DNA of 64,000 nt from Octopus vulgaris (lineage: Eukaryota): contig OX597818.1 of the NCBI GenBank assembly GCA_951406725.2, positions 138,012,001-138,076,000 on the forward strand, written 5' to 3'. Below are positions 26,802 through 40,504 of the stretch, in pieces. The notes below the pieces were generated by a model. That model ran no database searches and was not told the origin of the DNA. It was given only the letters and a program-made list of their open reading frames with translations. A program made the translations under genes and the position numbers. The stretch's first letter is position 1, and every line of letters starts with the position of its first letter.

Positions 26802-27147
26802 CGAGGGATGTTCCTTAAGGATTTCACCTAACCCACTTCCTAAGGACTGGAATAAACGATACTTGGCATAATTATTTGTCCTTCTCTACATACCCACCGC
26901 CAATGGTAACACTTCTCCTATCGCTTTATGCAGCTGTGAAAACCTCGTCGGTGGAAGCGGGTAGATTGCATCTGGAGCCAAGACTTTACCTCAGATCTAA
27001 GTTCATCATCCAAAAAGTGCTTGCCTTTCAAAAAAGACTTCATGGTTGAAAAGAGGTGGAGGTTACATGGTGCAAGATTGGGTGAGTAATGAGAATGAGT
27101 AAGGATTTCATAACCGCAGGAGTATGCTTTCATCTGGGTAACATGCG
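26802..27147 (-). mobile_element. Inverted copy of the mariner 3' end (14541-14885)
   Basis: TA|CGAGGGATGTTCCTTAAGG TIR; ORF 26918-27133 repeats MKAYSCGYEILTHSHYSPNLAPCNLHLF. Confidence 0.95.
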
Positions 27148-28113
27148 GGCGATACTGCTAGTCCTCAATAAATGATTTTCTGTAGGTATAATGGAATTGT
27201 GTCAATGACCAAGTTGTCGAAGCGGAACGAAATATCTTTGTGACTAAACGAATAAAAACGAATATATATGTATGCATGCATGCATGCATGCATGGACTAT
27301 ATGAATATACAGATAGATAAATAGATTGATTGATAGATAGATAATATATTATGTACGTATATGTATGTGTGTGTGCGTGTGTGTAGGTACGCAGGTAGGT
27401 GTCATTATTCATCGATCTACAATAAAAAGTTGTATGTACTATGAAAGCGAAATGGTGACTCGGATATCTTTCAAACCTTCTCAAACCGCATATAAACGCA
27501 TATAAATCGTGTTCCCGTGCGCGCAGGATATTGTGTGTATGTGTGTGTGTGCATATACATACATGTATCTACTGTCCTTTCTGACCTTGCTTTACCCGAG
27601 TGTAGACGGCATTTTCTGTGGCTCCTTCGCCGTTCTCAAAAATAGCGTTCGTAATATTTTATCTCGTTCGGCTTAACAGCCCTTCTTGTCTGTGTTACTG
27701 TTATTCTCCTTGTCCTGTCTTCTACTGTTTATATTTTGTACTGTCGTTACTGTCCTGTTTTTGTTACCTTTTTTTACCCCTCCGCAAAAAAATCTCAAAT
27801 TTTATTTAATTTGCTTTTTGCGGGAAGGAATGTTTCAGTCGAAGTCGCGTCTTGCCTTCACCTTCGAAAACGCGGAGTAGATGAAACCATGGCGACTGAA
27901 GAAGGGGAATATCCCTTGTGTTATTTGTCCTGTACTCTTTGGTTTTTTTCGTTGTTTAAGAAAAATGTCCAGTTCCTTGGTTTTGTGTTTATGTTTTCGT
28001 TTCTCATTGTGTTCGACGTTTTTTCTTTGTGTCCTGTGCCCATATATGCATGTATATATACATGTAGAGGTAGGTACGTACATATATGTATGTATATATG
28101 CATATGTTTTATT

Positions 28114-28202
<89 letters not shown>

Positions 28203-28389
28203 CATATACATATATATATACATATGTATGTGTCTTGTGTGTGTCTCTGCGCGTGTATATGTATGCATGTAAGAATAATAATATTAACAGCTACACATTT
28301 TCTAACCATCCGACTTGACAAAAAACATTACTACAAAATACATACACGTATATCCAAAATAATTCTCAGTGATGTATATATACATACAT

Positions 28390-28455
<66 letters not shown>

Positions 28456-28592
28456 CTATCGTATATATGAGGGTAGCCTCAAGAATTCTTTTTCATAGTT
28501 TGGATTTTAACTGCCCTTTCTAGCATGTAAGAAGTCCTATCAAAGGTATCCTCTCTGTGTACACTATATTTTAAAATACACACACACACATT

Positions 28593-28651
<59 letters not shown>

Positions 28652-29119
28652 CATACATATATACACACATACATACATGCACAAAAATGCACACACACAA
28701 TATCGCGCGCGCACGTGGTCACAATTTGAATGGATTTATATATGCAGTTTCAGAAGGTTTGAAAGATAGCCGAGTCATCATTTCGGTTTCATCGTACACA
28801 CAACTGTTCATTGTAGCTCTATGACTAATTACACCTACATACATACATACATACATGTATACATACATACATACATACATACATACATACATACATACAT
28901 ACATACGTACGTACGTACGAACATACATATAGTAAGTATATGCTATTAGACAATAAGCATCTATTACGCTCAGTATCACTCGGTATGTGTCTTTGTATAT
29001 ATATCATTCAGGAACCCCCACCAACTGTGAAAAACAGCTTACTCAGTGTTAATAACCAGCAAGAACATTAGGGCTTTTGTTGTGAGAAACCATTATTGCT
29101 GGCAAGTATTATTATCATT

Positions 29120-29158
<39 letters not shown>

Positions 29159-29176
29159 GCTGCTGCTGCTGTCGTT

Positions 29177-29800
29177 AAGGTGGCGAGCTAGCAGAATCGT
29201 TAGCACACCGGGCAAAAAAGGCTTAGCATCATTTCGTCCGTCTTTGCTTTACTCTTTTTACTCTTTTACTTGTTTCAGTCATTTGACTGCGGCCATGCTG
29301 GAGCACCGCCTTTAATCGAGCAAATCGACCCCGGAACTTATTCTTTGTAAGCCCAGTACTTATTCTATCGGTCTCTTTTGCCGAACCGCTAAGTGACGGG
29401 GACGTAAACACACCAGCATCGGTTGTCAAGCAATGCTAGGGGTACAAACACAGACACACAAACACATACACACACATACATATACACATATATATATATA
29501 TATACATATATACGACAGGCTTCTTTCAGTTTCCGTCTACCAAATCCACTCACAAGGCATTGGTCGGCCCGGGGCTATAGCAGAAGACACTTGCCCAAGA
29601 TGCCACGCAGTGGGACTGAACCCGGAACCATGTGACTGGTTAGCAAGCTACTTACCACACCACCGAGGTTGACTTTCTTTGCCTTTCATTCTTTCGGGAT
29701 CGCTAAAAATAAGTAGGGGGGGGATGTAATCGACTTAACCCTCTTTGTCTGTCCTTGTTTTTCTCCCCTATGTTTAGCCCTTTGTGGGCAATAAAGAAAT
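29177..29800 (+). mobile_element. Family-C SINE split by an antisense family-B SINE
   Basis: C head at 29177-29250; C body resumes at ~29661 (CACCGAGGTTGACTTT...GCCTTTCATTCTTTCGGG). Confidence 0.8.
29251..29660 (-). mobile_element. SINE family B
   Basis: Near-identical to RC of 37925-38380 and 51036-51445. Confidence 0.9.
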
Positions 29801-30453
29801 ATGAAACTAAAAGAAGCTTGTTACATGAGCGCCCGTATGTGTGTGTGAGAGCGTGTGTGTGTGTGTGTGTGTCTTTGTGTCTGTTTGTCCCCCCAACACC
29901 GATTGACAACCGGTGAGGGTGTGTTTACGTTCTCGCAACGTAGCGGTTCGGCAAATAATAGAATAAATACCCAGCTTTTTTTAGAAGTAAGTACAGGGGG
30001 TCGATTAGTTCAACAAAAAAATCCCAAAGGCGGTTCCCCAGCAATCTAATGACTGAAACAAGAAAACAAATAGAAGAATAAAAGCATAAAAGAATCTAGT
30101 TTATGAAAATATAGGTAAAGCGGTTAGTCATTGCTACCAGAAGTCACAACTACAAGATAAATAATTCACACAGCTGTGTCAGTACGTATAATACAAAGGA
30201 ATGCTTGTGTTCAGACCTTTATACAGCAAAAGCACATTAACAGCAGCACCAACTTCATAAACATAACCACCACCACCGACGCCAGAAACTTCACCAACAA
30301 CATCATTGATGATAATCAAAGTGATTACTGTATATATATGTATGTATATTCGTGCATGCATACATACAGGCAATCATATATATATATATATATATACATA
30401 TATATAATATATAGACACAAAAGATTAGTCATACATGAGAAATTTAATGAACG

Positions 30454-30516
<63 letters not shown>

Positions 30517-30594
30517 GCTTGTGTATGTCTTGTTGATATTTCATTGATGTACTTCGTAAAATTTAGGAGTTCAGCGTTTGTGCGTGTGCGTGTA

Positions 30595-30613
30595 TATATA
30601 TATATATATATAT

Positions 30614-30654
<41 letters not shown>

Positions 30655-30657
30655 TGC

Positions 30658-30690
<33 letters not shown>

Positions 30691-30797
30691 AATGTATATC
30701 TATATGCATATATATTTATATATATATATACATACATACATATACATACATATACATATATATGTACATGTGTATATATGTATATATGTATATATGT

Positions 30798-30833
<36 letters not shown>

Positions 30834-31345
30834 GTATGTATATCTATATGCATATATATTTATATATATATATACATATACATATATATGTATATATATG
30901 CATATATGTATGTATATATATATATATGTATTTATATATGTATGTACGTATGTAGTATGTATGTATGTATGTATGTATGTATATATGTATGTACGTATGT
31001 ATGTATGTATGTATGTACGTACGTATGTATGTATGTATGTATGTATGTATGTATGTATGTATGTATGTATGTATGTATGTGTGTATGTATGTATGTATGT
31101 GTGTATGTATGTATGTATGTATGTATGTATGTATGTATGTATGTATGTATGTACGTACGTATGTATGTATGTATGTATGTATGTATGTATGTATGTATGT
31201 ATGTACGTACGTATGTGTGTATGTATGTATGTATGTATGTATGTATGTATGTATGTATGTATGTACGTACGTATGTATGTATGTATGTATGTATGTATGT
31301 ATGTATGTATGTATGTGTGTATGTATGTATGCGTGTGTGTGTTGT
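30595..31345. repeat. Compound (TA)n/(TG)n/(ATGT)n microsatellite
   Basis: Directly visible. Confidence 0.95.
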
Positions 31346-31860
31346 GTCTGTGTTCGTGCTTGTTGAGAAATCAGGAAAATTAAAGAAAATTATGCATCGT
31401 TTTATCTGAATTTCTTCTTCTTCTTCTTCTTCTTCTTCTTCTTCTTCTTCTTCTTCTTCTTCTTCTTCTTCTTCTTCTTCTTCTTCTTCTTCTTCTTTAT
31501 CATCATCATCAACAATCATCATTATCATCATTGTCATTAGCATCACTTCGGCGTTGTCATTGCTGTGTTGCTTTTCTATTTTCATTTTTTTTTCCACTCG
31601 AAATTTCAAGAAGGTTTGTCTTCCCGCTAAGTTTTTTTTTTTTTCTTATCTTAACCGATGCAAAAGAAAGCCCATCTTTTCTAATCCATAAAAGATAAGA
31701 GTTCAACACAATATGAAGTGGTGGAATTACGGAGATGGGCACTTCCTACAAGACCCTTGTAGTTACAATACTTTACGAATATATATGTAAAAGAGTACGT
31801 CTATGCATATGTGTACACACACTTAAATATCTATCTACCCACCTACCTATCTCTCTATCC

Positions 31861-31991
<131 letters not shown>

Positions 31992-31992
31992 A

Positions 31993-32790
31993 ATTTTTTT
32001 CTAGTTTCAGCTCAGAGCAGCGGCCATGCTTATGCACCGCCGTTTTGCTACACTGTTATTACTAAGAGCCTCCTCTAATATGTGGCACTTGGTGAAGAAT
32101 GGAGTTTGATATAGCTACCCTCATTTGCACCTCTTGCCGTGAGGTACGTTCATCTGGGACTCTCGACAGGAAGAGGTCCAGCTTTGATTTAAAAACCCCT
32201 ACATCTACTTTGTGTAAGTTCCTCAGACTGTTTGGGAGAATATTAAAAAGTTGTGGGCCCTTGAAACCAAGGCTGTTGCAGTATCTGGTCCTGAAGCATG
32301 ATAACATTGCTGGGATATATGGCACTATGCAGTGTCGTCCCGTTCTGGCAATGGTGTAGCTTTCAATGCCAAAATTTGGCACAATTCCTTCCAGGATCTT
32401 CCAGACATATATTACTGCATACCTCTCTCGTCTTCTCTCTAGAGAGTAGAGTCTTAGCTGTTTCAACCTTTCCCAGTAGCTGAGCTGTTGCAAAGAGACG
32501 ATCTTCTTTGTGAATCTTCTCTGGATTGCTTCAAGGTCCGCTGTTAATTTCACACTGGTGGGTGACCATAGCTGTGAGCAGTAATCCAGGCGGCTGAGGA
32601 CAAATATCCGCCAGAGGGCCATCATGGTTTCCTTATCTCTGGTTCTGAATGTTCTTAGGATCCATCCAGTCAGTCGTCTGGACTTGATCGCCATCCTGGT
32701 AATGTGCACTTGGAAAGAGGTATCATCACTCATATCGAAACCCAGGTCCCTCACTGACTTAGGCTCTGGGATTGAAATTCCCTGTTGACC
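31993..32790 (-). mobile_element. CR1-group LINE, 5'-truncated (ORF2 C-terminus plus 3' UTR)
   Basis: ORF 32062-32826: VRDLG...WILRTF...SRLDYCSQLWSP...LEAIQRRFTK...SYWERLKQLRLYSLERRRER, typical CR1/L2-group post-RT motifs. Confidence 0.92.
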
Positions 32791-33301
32791 GCTAATGAAG
32801 ATTATATATAACAATTGCAAATTCAAAAATTAAAATTTAAAATTTGTTAGCATAATACTATATTATATTCATAGAATAATATAACATAATATATTATATT
32901 ATATTATATTATATTATATTATATTATATCATATTATTATAAGAACATAATACAATATATTATTATGCCAATAAAATTTAGATTTTTATTTTTCAGTTAG
33001 CACTTGTTATATATGTCCACATTTTTTCTATTCATTTTTATATTTAATATATACCTATGTAACTTGTAAGGTCTTTTCTGAAAATTTAGGTAGTCAACAG
33101 TGGAGCCAGTGAAAGATTGGATGTCTTCATCCCTGTTTTCCTGGGATATATACATGTACATTTATGTGTGTGTGTGTGTGTGTGCTTCCATATATATGGA
33201 AGGATATGTTGTATGTATAAATATATAAACAAGTTGGTGAAAGAAAGAATGAAGCAGCATTCAACACACAAATGTATTATGCATACATACATATGTATAT
33301 A

Positions 33302-33352
<51 letters not shown>

Positions 33353-33511
33353 GTTCGGCTTCTTTTAGTTTCCTTCACCAAATCCACTCACGAGGGTTTA
33401 GTCGAACCGAGACTATATCAGAAGACACTTGCCCGATATGCTATGCAGTGGGACTGAGCTCCGAACCATGTAGGTGGGAAGCAAAGTTTTTACCACACAG
33501 CCACGCCTGTA

Positions 33512-33649
<138 letters not shown>

Positions 33650-33699
33650 TACTTTATTTGATCACTCTTAATAGAGGCAACTGCAGCAATGTAGTCGAA

Positions 33700-33751
<52 letters not shown>

Positions 33752-34207
33752 ATCGACCACACTTGATTTATTGCTCTGAACTAACTGAAATATTTCAACT
33801 ATTCAGCATATTTATTTTATTTAATTATAATTAAATTTAATTATAATTTTATTAATTTAATATTTATATGAAACAAAGTTAAAATGGTGTCCTCAGAAGC
33901 AATGCATAGTCCGTATTTTTCCATAGTTCCAGAATTTATGAAGACAGGGTCCCTCCCTATTAAACTAATTCACTGTTGAACTGTATCTACATTTTCTCAT
34001 TAAACCGCATCTCTATCGACGAGATATGTAGTAGATTAAAATTAATATCAAGGGCTGTTATGTTCTGCTGGTAAAAAAAAAAAAGCCTCCAAAGATTGCT
34101 CCCTCCAGTATGGCCGAAAACAATGACTAAAACTAATAAAACTATAAATCTCAGAAAGCATAACATCTACAATAAATCTCCGACAATTTTTCTGTTCTCT
34201 CTCTCTT

Positions 34208-34258
<51 letters not shown>

Positions 34259-34703
34259 TATACACATACACACACACGCACACAAACTATTTATCTATCT
34301 ATCTCTAGTCAAAGACATTTACTAAAAGAATTTAGTTATTCTACGTTTCCCTCAGTGAAACAAACTGTATTAGAATATATACTTAAATTTCTTCTTAACG
34401 TTCTTTTTGTATGCATTCACCTGCTGGAGTTATTTCCTTACTTCATTTTGAGTTTAGCCCATTTTGAACCGCCGTATTAACGTTGTGTTAGCATATATTT
34501 TTGCGTATACCTATTTGACTAGTATTTCATATCTTTTCTCTCTGTCAAAATATGCTGGCGCAACACGGACGATCGTCGTTTATGTATGATGCAATCATCA
34601 ATAAATAATGCGATTTTCTCCATTCTTGTTCTTTTATACTTCGAATTCTTCGAAATATTTCTAAGCGATATTTGGATTTACTTGTCATTCATGAAGAATT
34701 ACA

Positions 34704-35094
34704 TCTTTATATATAAAAGTGAGGTTGTGTGTCTGTCTCCTACGATTTAGATTCCTAACTACTCCCACATTTTGCGGTGCAGTTTAACCAAAACCAGGTA
34801 TGTTATAGTCGTGATTCATATCGAGCCCTTCTGGGTATTAGCGCGCGTCTACGATGAGTCTACGATTTTAAAAATAATTTACCATCATTTTTTTCCATTT
34901 TAATGCATTTTTTTAATATAAGGAAAGTAACTCTCTAAAAATGTCTACTATGAGTCGACGATTTAAAAAAAATTTACCATCATATTTTTTCCATTTTTAG
35001 TGCATTTTTTTGCTATTTTTTGGCTATAACTCCCTTAAAATGCTTTATAGTTATTTCCCTTACAAACCCGGGCAACGCCGGGCGATACTGCTAG
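34704..35094 (+). mobile_element. Complete non-autonomous Helitron (~390 bp)
   Basis: A|TC start, CTAG|T end, hairpin CCCGGGCAACGCCGGG at 35067-35082, no TSD; other copies at 20640 and 45422. Confidence 0.92.
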
Positions 35095-35408
35095 TTCAAT
35101 ATAAATTCAACTTGCGTTTATTGCATTCTGATTGTTTGATATAGTTAACCAAGATTGTTTAACTCTGAAGGCTTTTTGGATAACTGCCTAAATTTATTAA
35201 TCCCTTTTACTTGAGCTAGCAGATCGTTAGCACACTGGACGAAATGCTTAGCTGTATCTCGTCTGTGTTCAAAATTCCGCCGAAGTCGACTTTGCCTTTC
35301 ATCCTTTCGGAGTCGATTAAATAAGTACCAGTCACGCACTGGGGTCGATGTAATCGACCTAATCACTTCCCCCAAATTTCAGGCCTTGTACCTACATTAG
35401 AAAGGATT

Positions 35409-35471
<63 letters not shown>

Positions 35472-36025
35472 GAGTGAGAGAGCAGTTCATGCCATCAAAG
35501 TGACACTGGGGTAAAATATACGAAGCCCAATATACCCATCATGACTACCCGTCTGATAAGGGTACACCAGGCACATGCATCACAACCATATGTGCGCGAC
35601 ATGGTGATCTCATATCAAGATAAACAGCACATGACCTTGCAGGTGGGGCCCAGTTAGAATTTTCTTCAGGTTGAGTAGCCCATCCCGCTCAAAAGGTCCC
35701 TGAATAAGGGTTGTTTAAGGATGTTGAAAGAACCACCCATGTTTCCAGAGGTGAATTATTCAAACCCCAAAGAATCCCTCTCAACACATGGCTATGATGC
35801 TCCCCCACTACTTCTGCTCGTGATCAGAGATGCACATATCGTCAGCCACTAAGGGACATGCTCAACTGGTTAAGGTCAAACAACTGACAAGCAAATCTGT
35901 GGTATTGAGCAGAATATTTGCTGTAGCCCATCTTTTATACCAAGACAAAACAATGTACATGATAACACTTCCAATCAGTTAAGATCAGAAGCCACGAGAG
36001 CAACTGCCTGGTACTGCATCAGGGC

Positions 36026-36027
<2 letters not shown>
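35472..36027. mobile_element. Unclassified ~556-bp element inserted within an (ATT)n tract
   Basis: Sharp boundaries, higher GC than flanks, (ATT)n on both sides; single copy in this window. Confidence 0.55.
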
Positions 36028-36071
<44 letters not shown>

Positions 36072-36960
36072 GTTGTTGTTGTTGTTGTTGTTATCGTTGT
36101 CGTTGTTGTTATCATTATTGTTATTGTATATTTGTGTGTATATATACAGACATAGAGGCGTAGATAGATATGTGCATACATGTGTGTGTTGGTGTAGATA
36201 GATAATTATATAGATATATATGCATACATATACGCACATACATACATACACATACACACAAATATATACATATATATATACTTGCATACACACATACAAA
36301 CATATAAATGCATGTATATATGAACATAAAGACATGCATATATACATGCGTGTATGTGTGTGTGTATATCTATGTATAGAGACAGATTATAAACATAGAT
36401 ATAGAGGAATACATGTACACACACATACACATACACACATACACACATACACATACACACATACACATACACATACACACATACACACATACATATATGT
36501 ACATGCTTCCACATATGAAAACATCTATAAGCATATGAATATATGCATATGTACATACAGGCATAAAGATGTATGTGCATGTGTATCCTTGAATGTTTGT
36601 GTATGTATGTGTGTTTGTGTGCACGTGCGAGTGTATGTGTAAGCGTGTGTATGCGTGTGTGTGTGTGTGTGTGTGCTTTTGTGCGGGATTATTGTCGAGA
36701 AAAGAGGAAATTTGAGAGTCATTGATACTTTGCACAAGAATAAAAGCAGGCGATACTTATAAAACAAAGGAGAGATAAAAAGACATGGAATTAAACCAAC
36801 TCAAACCGTCTGAAGAGAGAGAGTTAAGAATTAAAGGAAAGATCAAAAGATTTTTTTTTTTTGTAAATATATCAATAAATAAATAAATATTTGAAAAACA
36901 AATCTTTCACTTATTCGCTTCCATTCTCTCTACCTACTCTCCTTGTGAGTGCGTATGTAT

Positions 36961-37048
<88 letters not shown>

Positions 37049-37318
37049 GTATATATGTATGTATATATATGCATGTATGTATGTGTGTGTGTGTGTTGGG
37101 GATGTCTGCGTTTGGTCTTATGTGAAGTTATATATGAGCAGCTTGATATTAAAGAGAATTACTCAATACTTTTTTTTGAACAGAGTACGTATTTAGTAAA
37201 TTTTTACAAAGAAAAAGTTGACAGCGAGCAAACAGAAACAAACTTCGAAGTTACTGTCAGTATATACCTTGCAAAATATATATGTACGTATATATGTGTG
37301 TATATTTGTGTGTTTATG

Positions 37319-37372
<54 letters not shown>

Positions 37373-37505
37373 TGTATATGTATATATATATGTATATATA
37401 TATATATGTATGTATGTATATTTATGTGTATAAACATATACCCATATTTATTTATATATGTGTATATGTATATATATGTACACATATATACTGTATGTGT
37501 ATGTA

Positions 37506-37561
<56 letters not shown>

Positions 37562-37605
37562 GATGTATTTGTGTGTGTGTGTGTTGATAGATCGATCGAT
37601 AGATC

Positions 37606-37655
<50 letters not shown>

Positions 37656-37924
37656 CAGATGACGTGTATATATTAGTTTTTTTTCTGTTTGTTTGAGGAT
37701 TTTTTTGTCTATGTATTTTAAAACTATGATTTATTCAATCAGTATAAAAATCGATTAAGATATTAGATATTTATATGAACTCACTTTTAATTTAGGCATG
37801 GAAAAGTTATTTTTATATATTAAAATGTCGAACAAGACGATAGGCGTCGTGACACAATAGCTGTGAACATACGCTAACACCGAAATGACAAAGGCCTAGT
37901 GTGCTAACTTCGAGTTTTGCTATT

Positions 37925-38070
37925 TGTGGTAAGTAGCTTGCTAACCAACCACATGGTTCCGGGTTCAGTCTCACTGCGTGGCATCTTGGGCAAGTGTCTT
38001 CTGCTATAGCGCCGGGCCGACCAATGCCTTGTGAGTGGATTTGGTAGACGGAAACTGAAAGAAGCCTGTC

Positions 38071-38168
<98 letters not shown>

Positions 38169-38380
38169 TTGTGTGTCTGTGTTTGTCCCCCTAGCATTGC
38201 TTGACAACCGATGCTTGTGTATTTACGTCCCCGTCACTTAGCGGTTCGGCAAAAGAGACCGATAGAATAAGTACTGGGCTTACAAAGAATAAGTCCCGGG
38301 GTCGATTTGCTCGACTAAAGGCGGCGCTCCAGCATGGCCGCAGTCAAATGACTGAAACAAGTAAAAGAGTAAAAAGAGTA
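37925..38380 (+). mobile_element. SINE family B
   Basis: Matches other B copies; internal (TA)n(TG)n. Confidence 0.9.
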
Positions 38381-38573
38381 AATACATTAATATTATAGAG
38401 CACCAAAATGTTTGTTTCTGGTTAGTTCGCAACTTCCCTGTTTTGAGTTCAAAATATGCGGATGTCTGACTGTTAAAAAAAAACAGTCAGTAATATATGG
38501 AAATGAATTACGTTTGCCGTTCCCCAAGCGTTGTGTGTGCGTGTGTGTGTGTTAGGGTCTGTATTTGTGGGTG

Positions 38574-38618
<45 letters not shown>

Positions 38619-39178
38619 CACGCACACAAACAAAGAAAGTGTTTCGTTACGTGGCACCTTGAGCAAGTGTCTTATAATAGATATTTCTTTATTGCCCACA
38701 AGGGGCTAAACATAGAGAGGACAAACAAGGACAGGCAAAGGGATTAAGTCGATTATATCGACCCCAGTGCGAAACTGGTACTTTTATTTATCGACCCCGA
38801 AAGGATGAAAGGCAAAGTCGACCTCAGCGGAATTTGAACTCAATATAAACCCAAGGCTGATTCAGGCCTTGTGAGTGGATTTGGTAGACGGAAATTGAAA
38901 GAAGCCCGCCAACTGAAATATACAGAATAATCAAAAGTAAAATACAATTAAAGTTCCTCAAAAAATTCTTCACAAGTGCTAAGTTACCTTCCACAATTCC
39001 TACATGAACAGTCAAAAAGTGTGGTCTCCCCTATTGTTGGACTTGCATCAACCTTATTGAAGACACAATGTCGGTCACTTTTGTTGAAACGTTAAGTTAC
39101 GGGGACGTAATCACACCAACACCAGTTGTCAATCGATGGTAGGGGACAAAAACAGAGATATACACACATAAATATATG

Positions 39179-39217
<39 letters not shown>

Positions 39218-39225
<8 letters not shown>

Positions 39226-39518
39226 ATCACGTGACTGACCAGTCCATCAGATGTAGTTACACATCGCTGGTCACAATGCGTTCGCATTGTTTTAGCCTTC
39301 GAATGACGCCACCCCGCTGGCTAAGCGAGCAGGCCAATAGAAGAAAGAGTGGGAGAAAGAGTGGTGAAAGAGTACAGCAGGGATCACCACCCCTGCCGGA
39401 GCCTCGTGGTGCTTTTAGGTGTTTTCGCTCAATAAACACTCACAACGCCCGGTCTGGGAATCGAAACCGCGATCCTACGACCGCGAGTCCGCTGCCCTAA
39501 CCACTAGGCCATTGCGCC
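39218..39518 (-). mobile_element. SINE with family-A head and an alternative 3' tail, nested in the microsatellite of an old family-B copy (~39075-39712)
   Basis: ~39345-39518 matches the family-A head; 39218-39340 instead matches 12981-13095 (GATCACGTGAC...TTTAGC.TTCGAAT). Confidence 0.8.
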
Positions 39519-39519
39519 A

Positions 39520-39562
<43 letters not shown>

Positions 39563-39979
39563 CGATGGGCTTTTTTCACTTTCCGTCAACCAAATCCATT
39601 CACAAGGCTTTGATCGGCTCGAGGCTATAGTAGAAGGTACTCGAGATGTCACGCAGTGGGACTGAACCCGGAACCATGTTGTTGGTAAGCAAGCTACTTA
39701 CCACACAGTCACGTTATAGTCTACAACATGGCTTTGGTCGACCTGGAACTACAGAAGAAGAAACGTTCTCAACTTGCTACACCGTAGGGCTGAACTCGGA
39801 ATCAAACTTCTAAGAAACATTTCTACCGGTTTCAAATTCTGAGTCCAAATTCCGTCCAGGTCAATTTTGCTTTCGTCCTTTCAGATCGATAAAATAGAGT
39901 ACCAATCATCTGTAGGAGTCGACACAATCGAATTACTCCATTCTCCAAAATTACTGCCTTTAAGCGAAAATTTGTAAAT

Positions 39980-40159
39980 ATCATCATCATCATTATCATC
40001 ATCGTCGTCGTTATCATTATCATGATCATAATCATCATGATCATCATGATCATGATCATCATCATCTCTTCTTCTTCTTCTTTTTCTTCTTCTTCCTCCT
40101 CTTTCTTCTTCTTCTTCTTCTTCTTCTTCTTCTTCTTCTTCACCATCATCATCATCACT

Positions 40160-40197
<38 letters not shown>

Positions 40198-40380
40198 TAT
40201 CATCATCATCATCATCAATGTCCTCCTCATCGTGATCATCATCATTATCAACATTCACCTCTTCTTCCTCCTCCGCCTCCGCCTCCTCCTCATCATCATC
40301 ATCACCATCATCATCTTCTCCGTCATTCTCCTCCTCCTCCTCCTTCACCACCACCCTCACCATCATCATCATCATCATTA
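39980..40380. repeat. (CAT)n/(CTT)n/(CCT)n compound trinucleotide repeat
   Basis: Directly visible. Confidence 0.95.
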
Positions 40381-40504
40381 ACATGAGGTTCCTACACTGA
40401 TTGTGATGGACGACAGAATAGCTACGGGTCCAGTCTTACTGGGCGACAGTGTTGTTATTGATGCTGTGTTGATGTTTTTCATATTGTTGTTATTGTGTTT
40501 GTGT

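Noticed and set aside
14541-27147. Assembly artefact from a fold-back chimeric read
   Set aside because: Arms differ by a SINE insertion, repeat copy number, distinct HORs and substitutions; read-level confirmation is still advisable
27880-27930. Hammerhead at CTGAAGAAGGGGAATATCCCTT
   Set aside because: A stem follows the core but there is no GAAA or stem III; possibly part of an unclassified repeat at ~27570-28045
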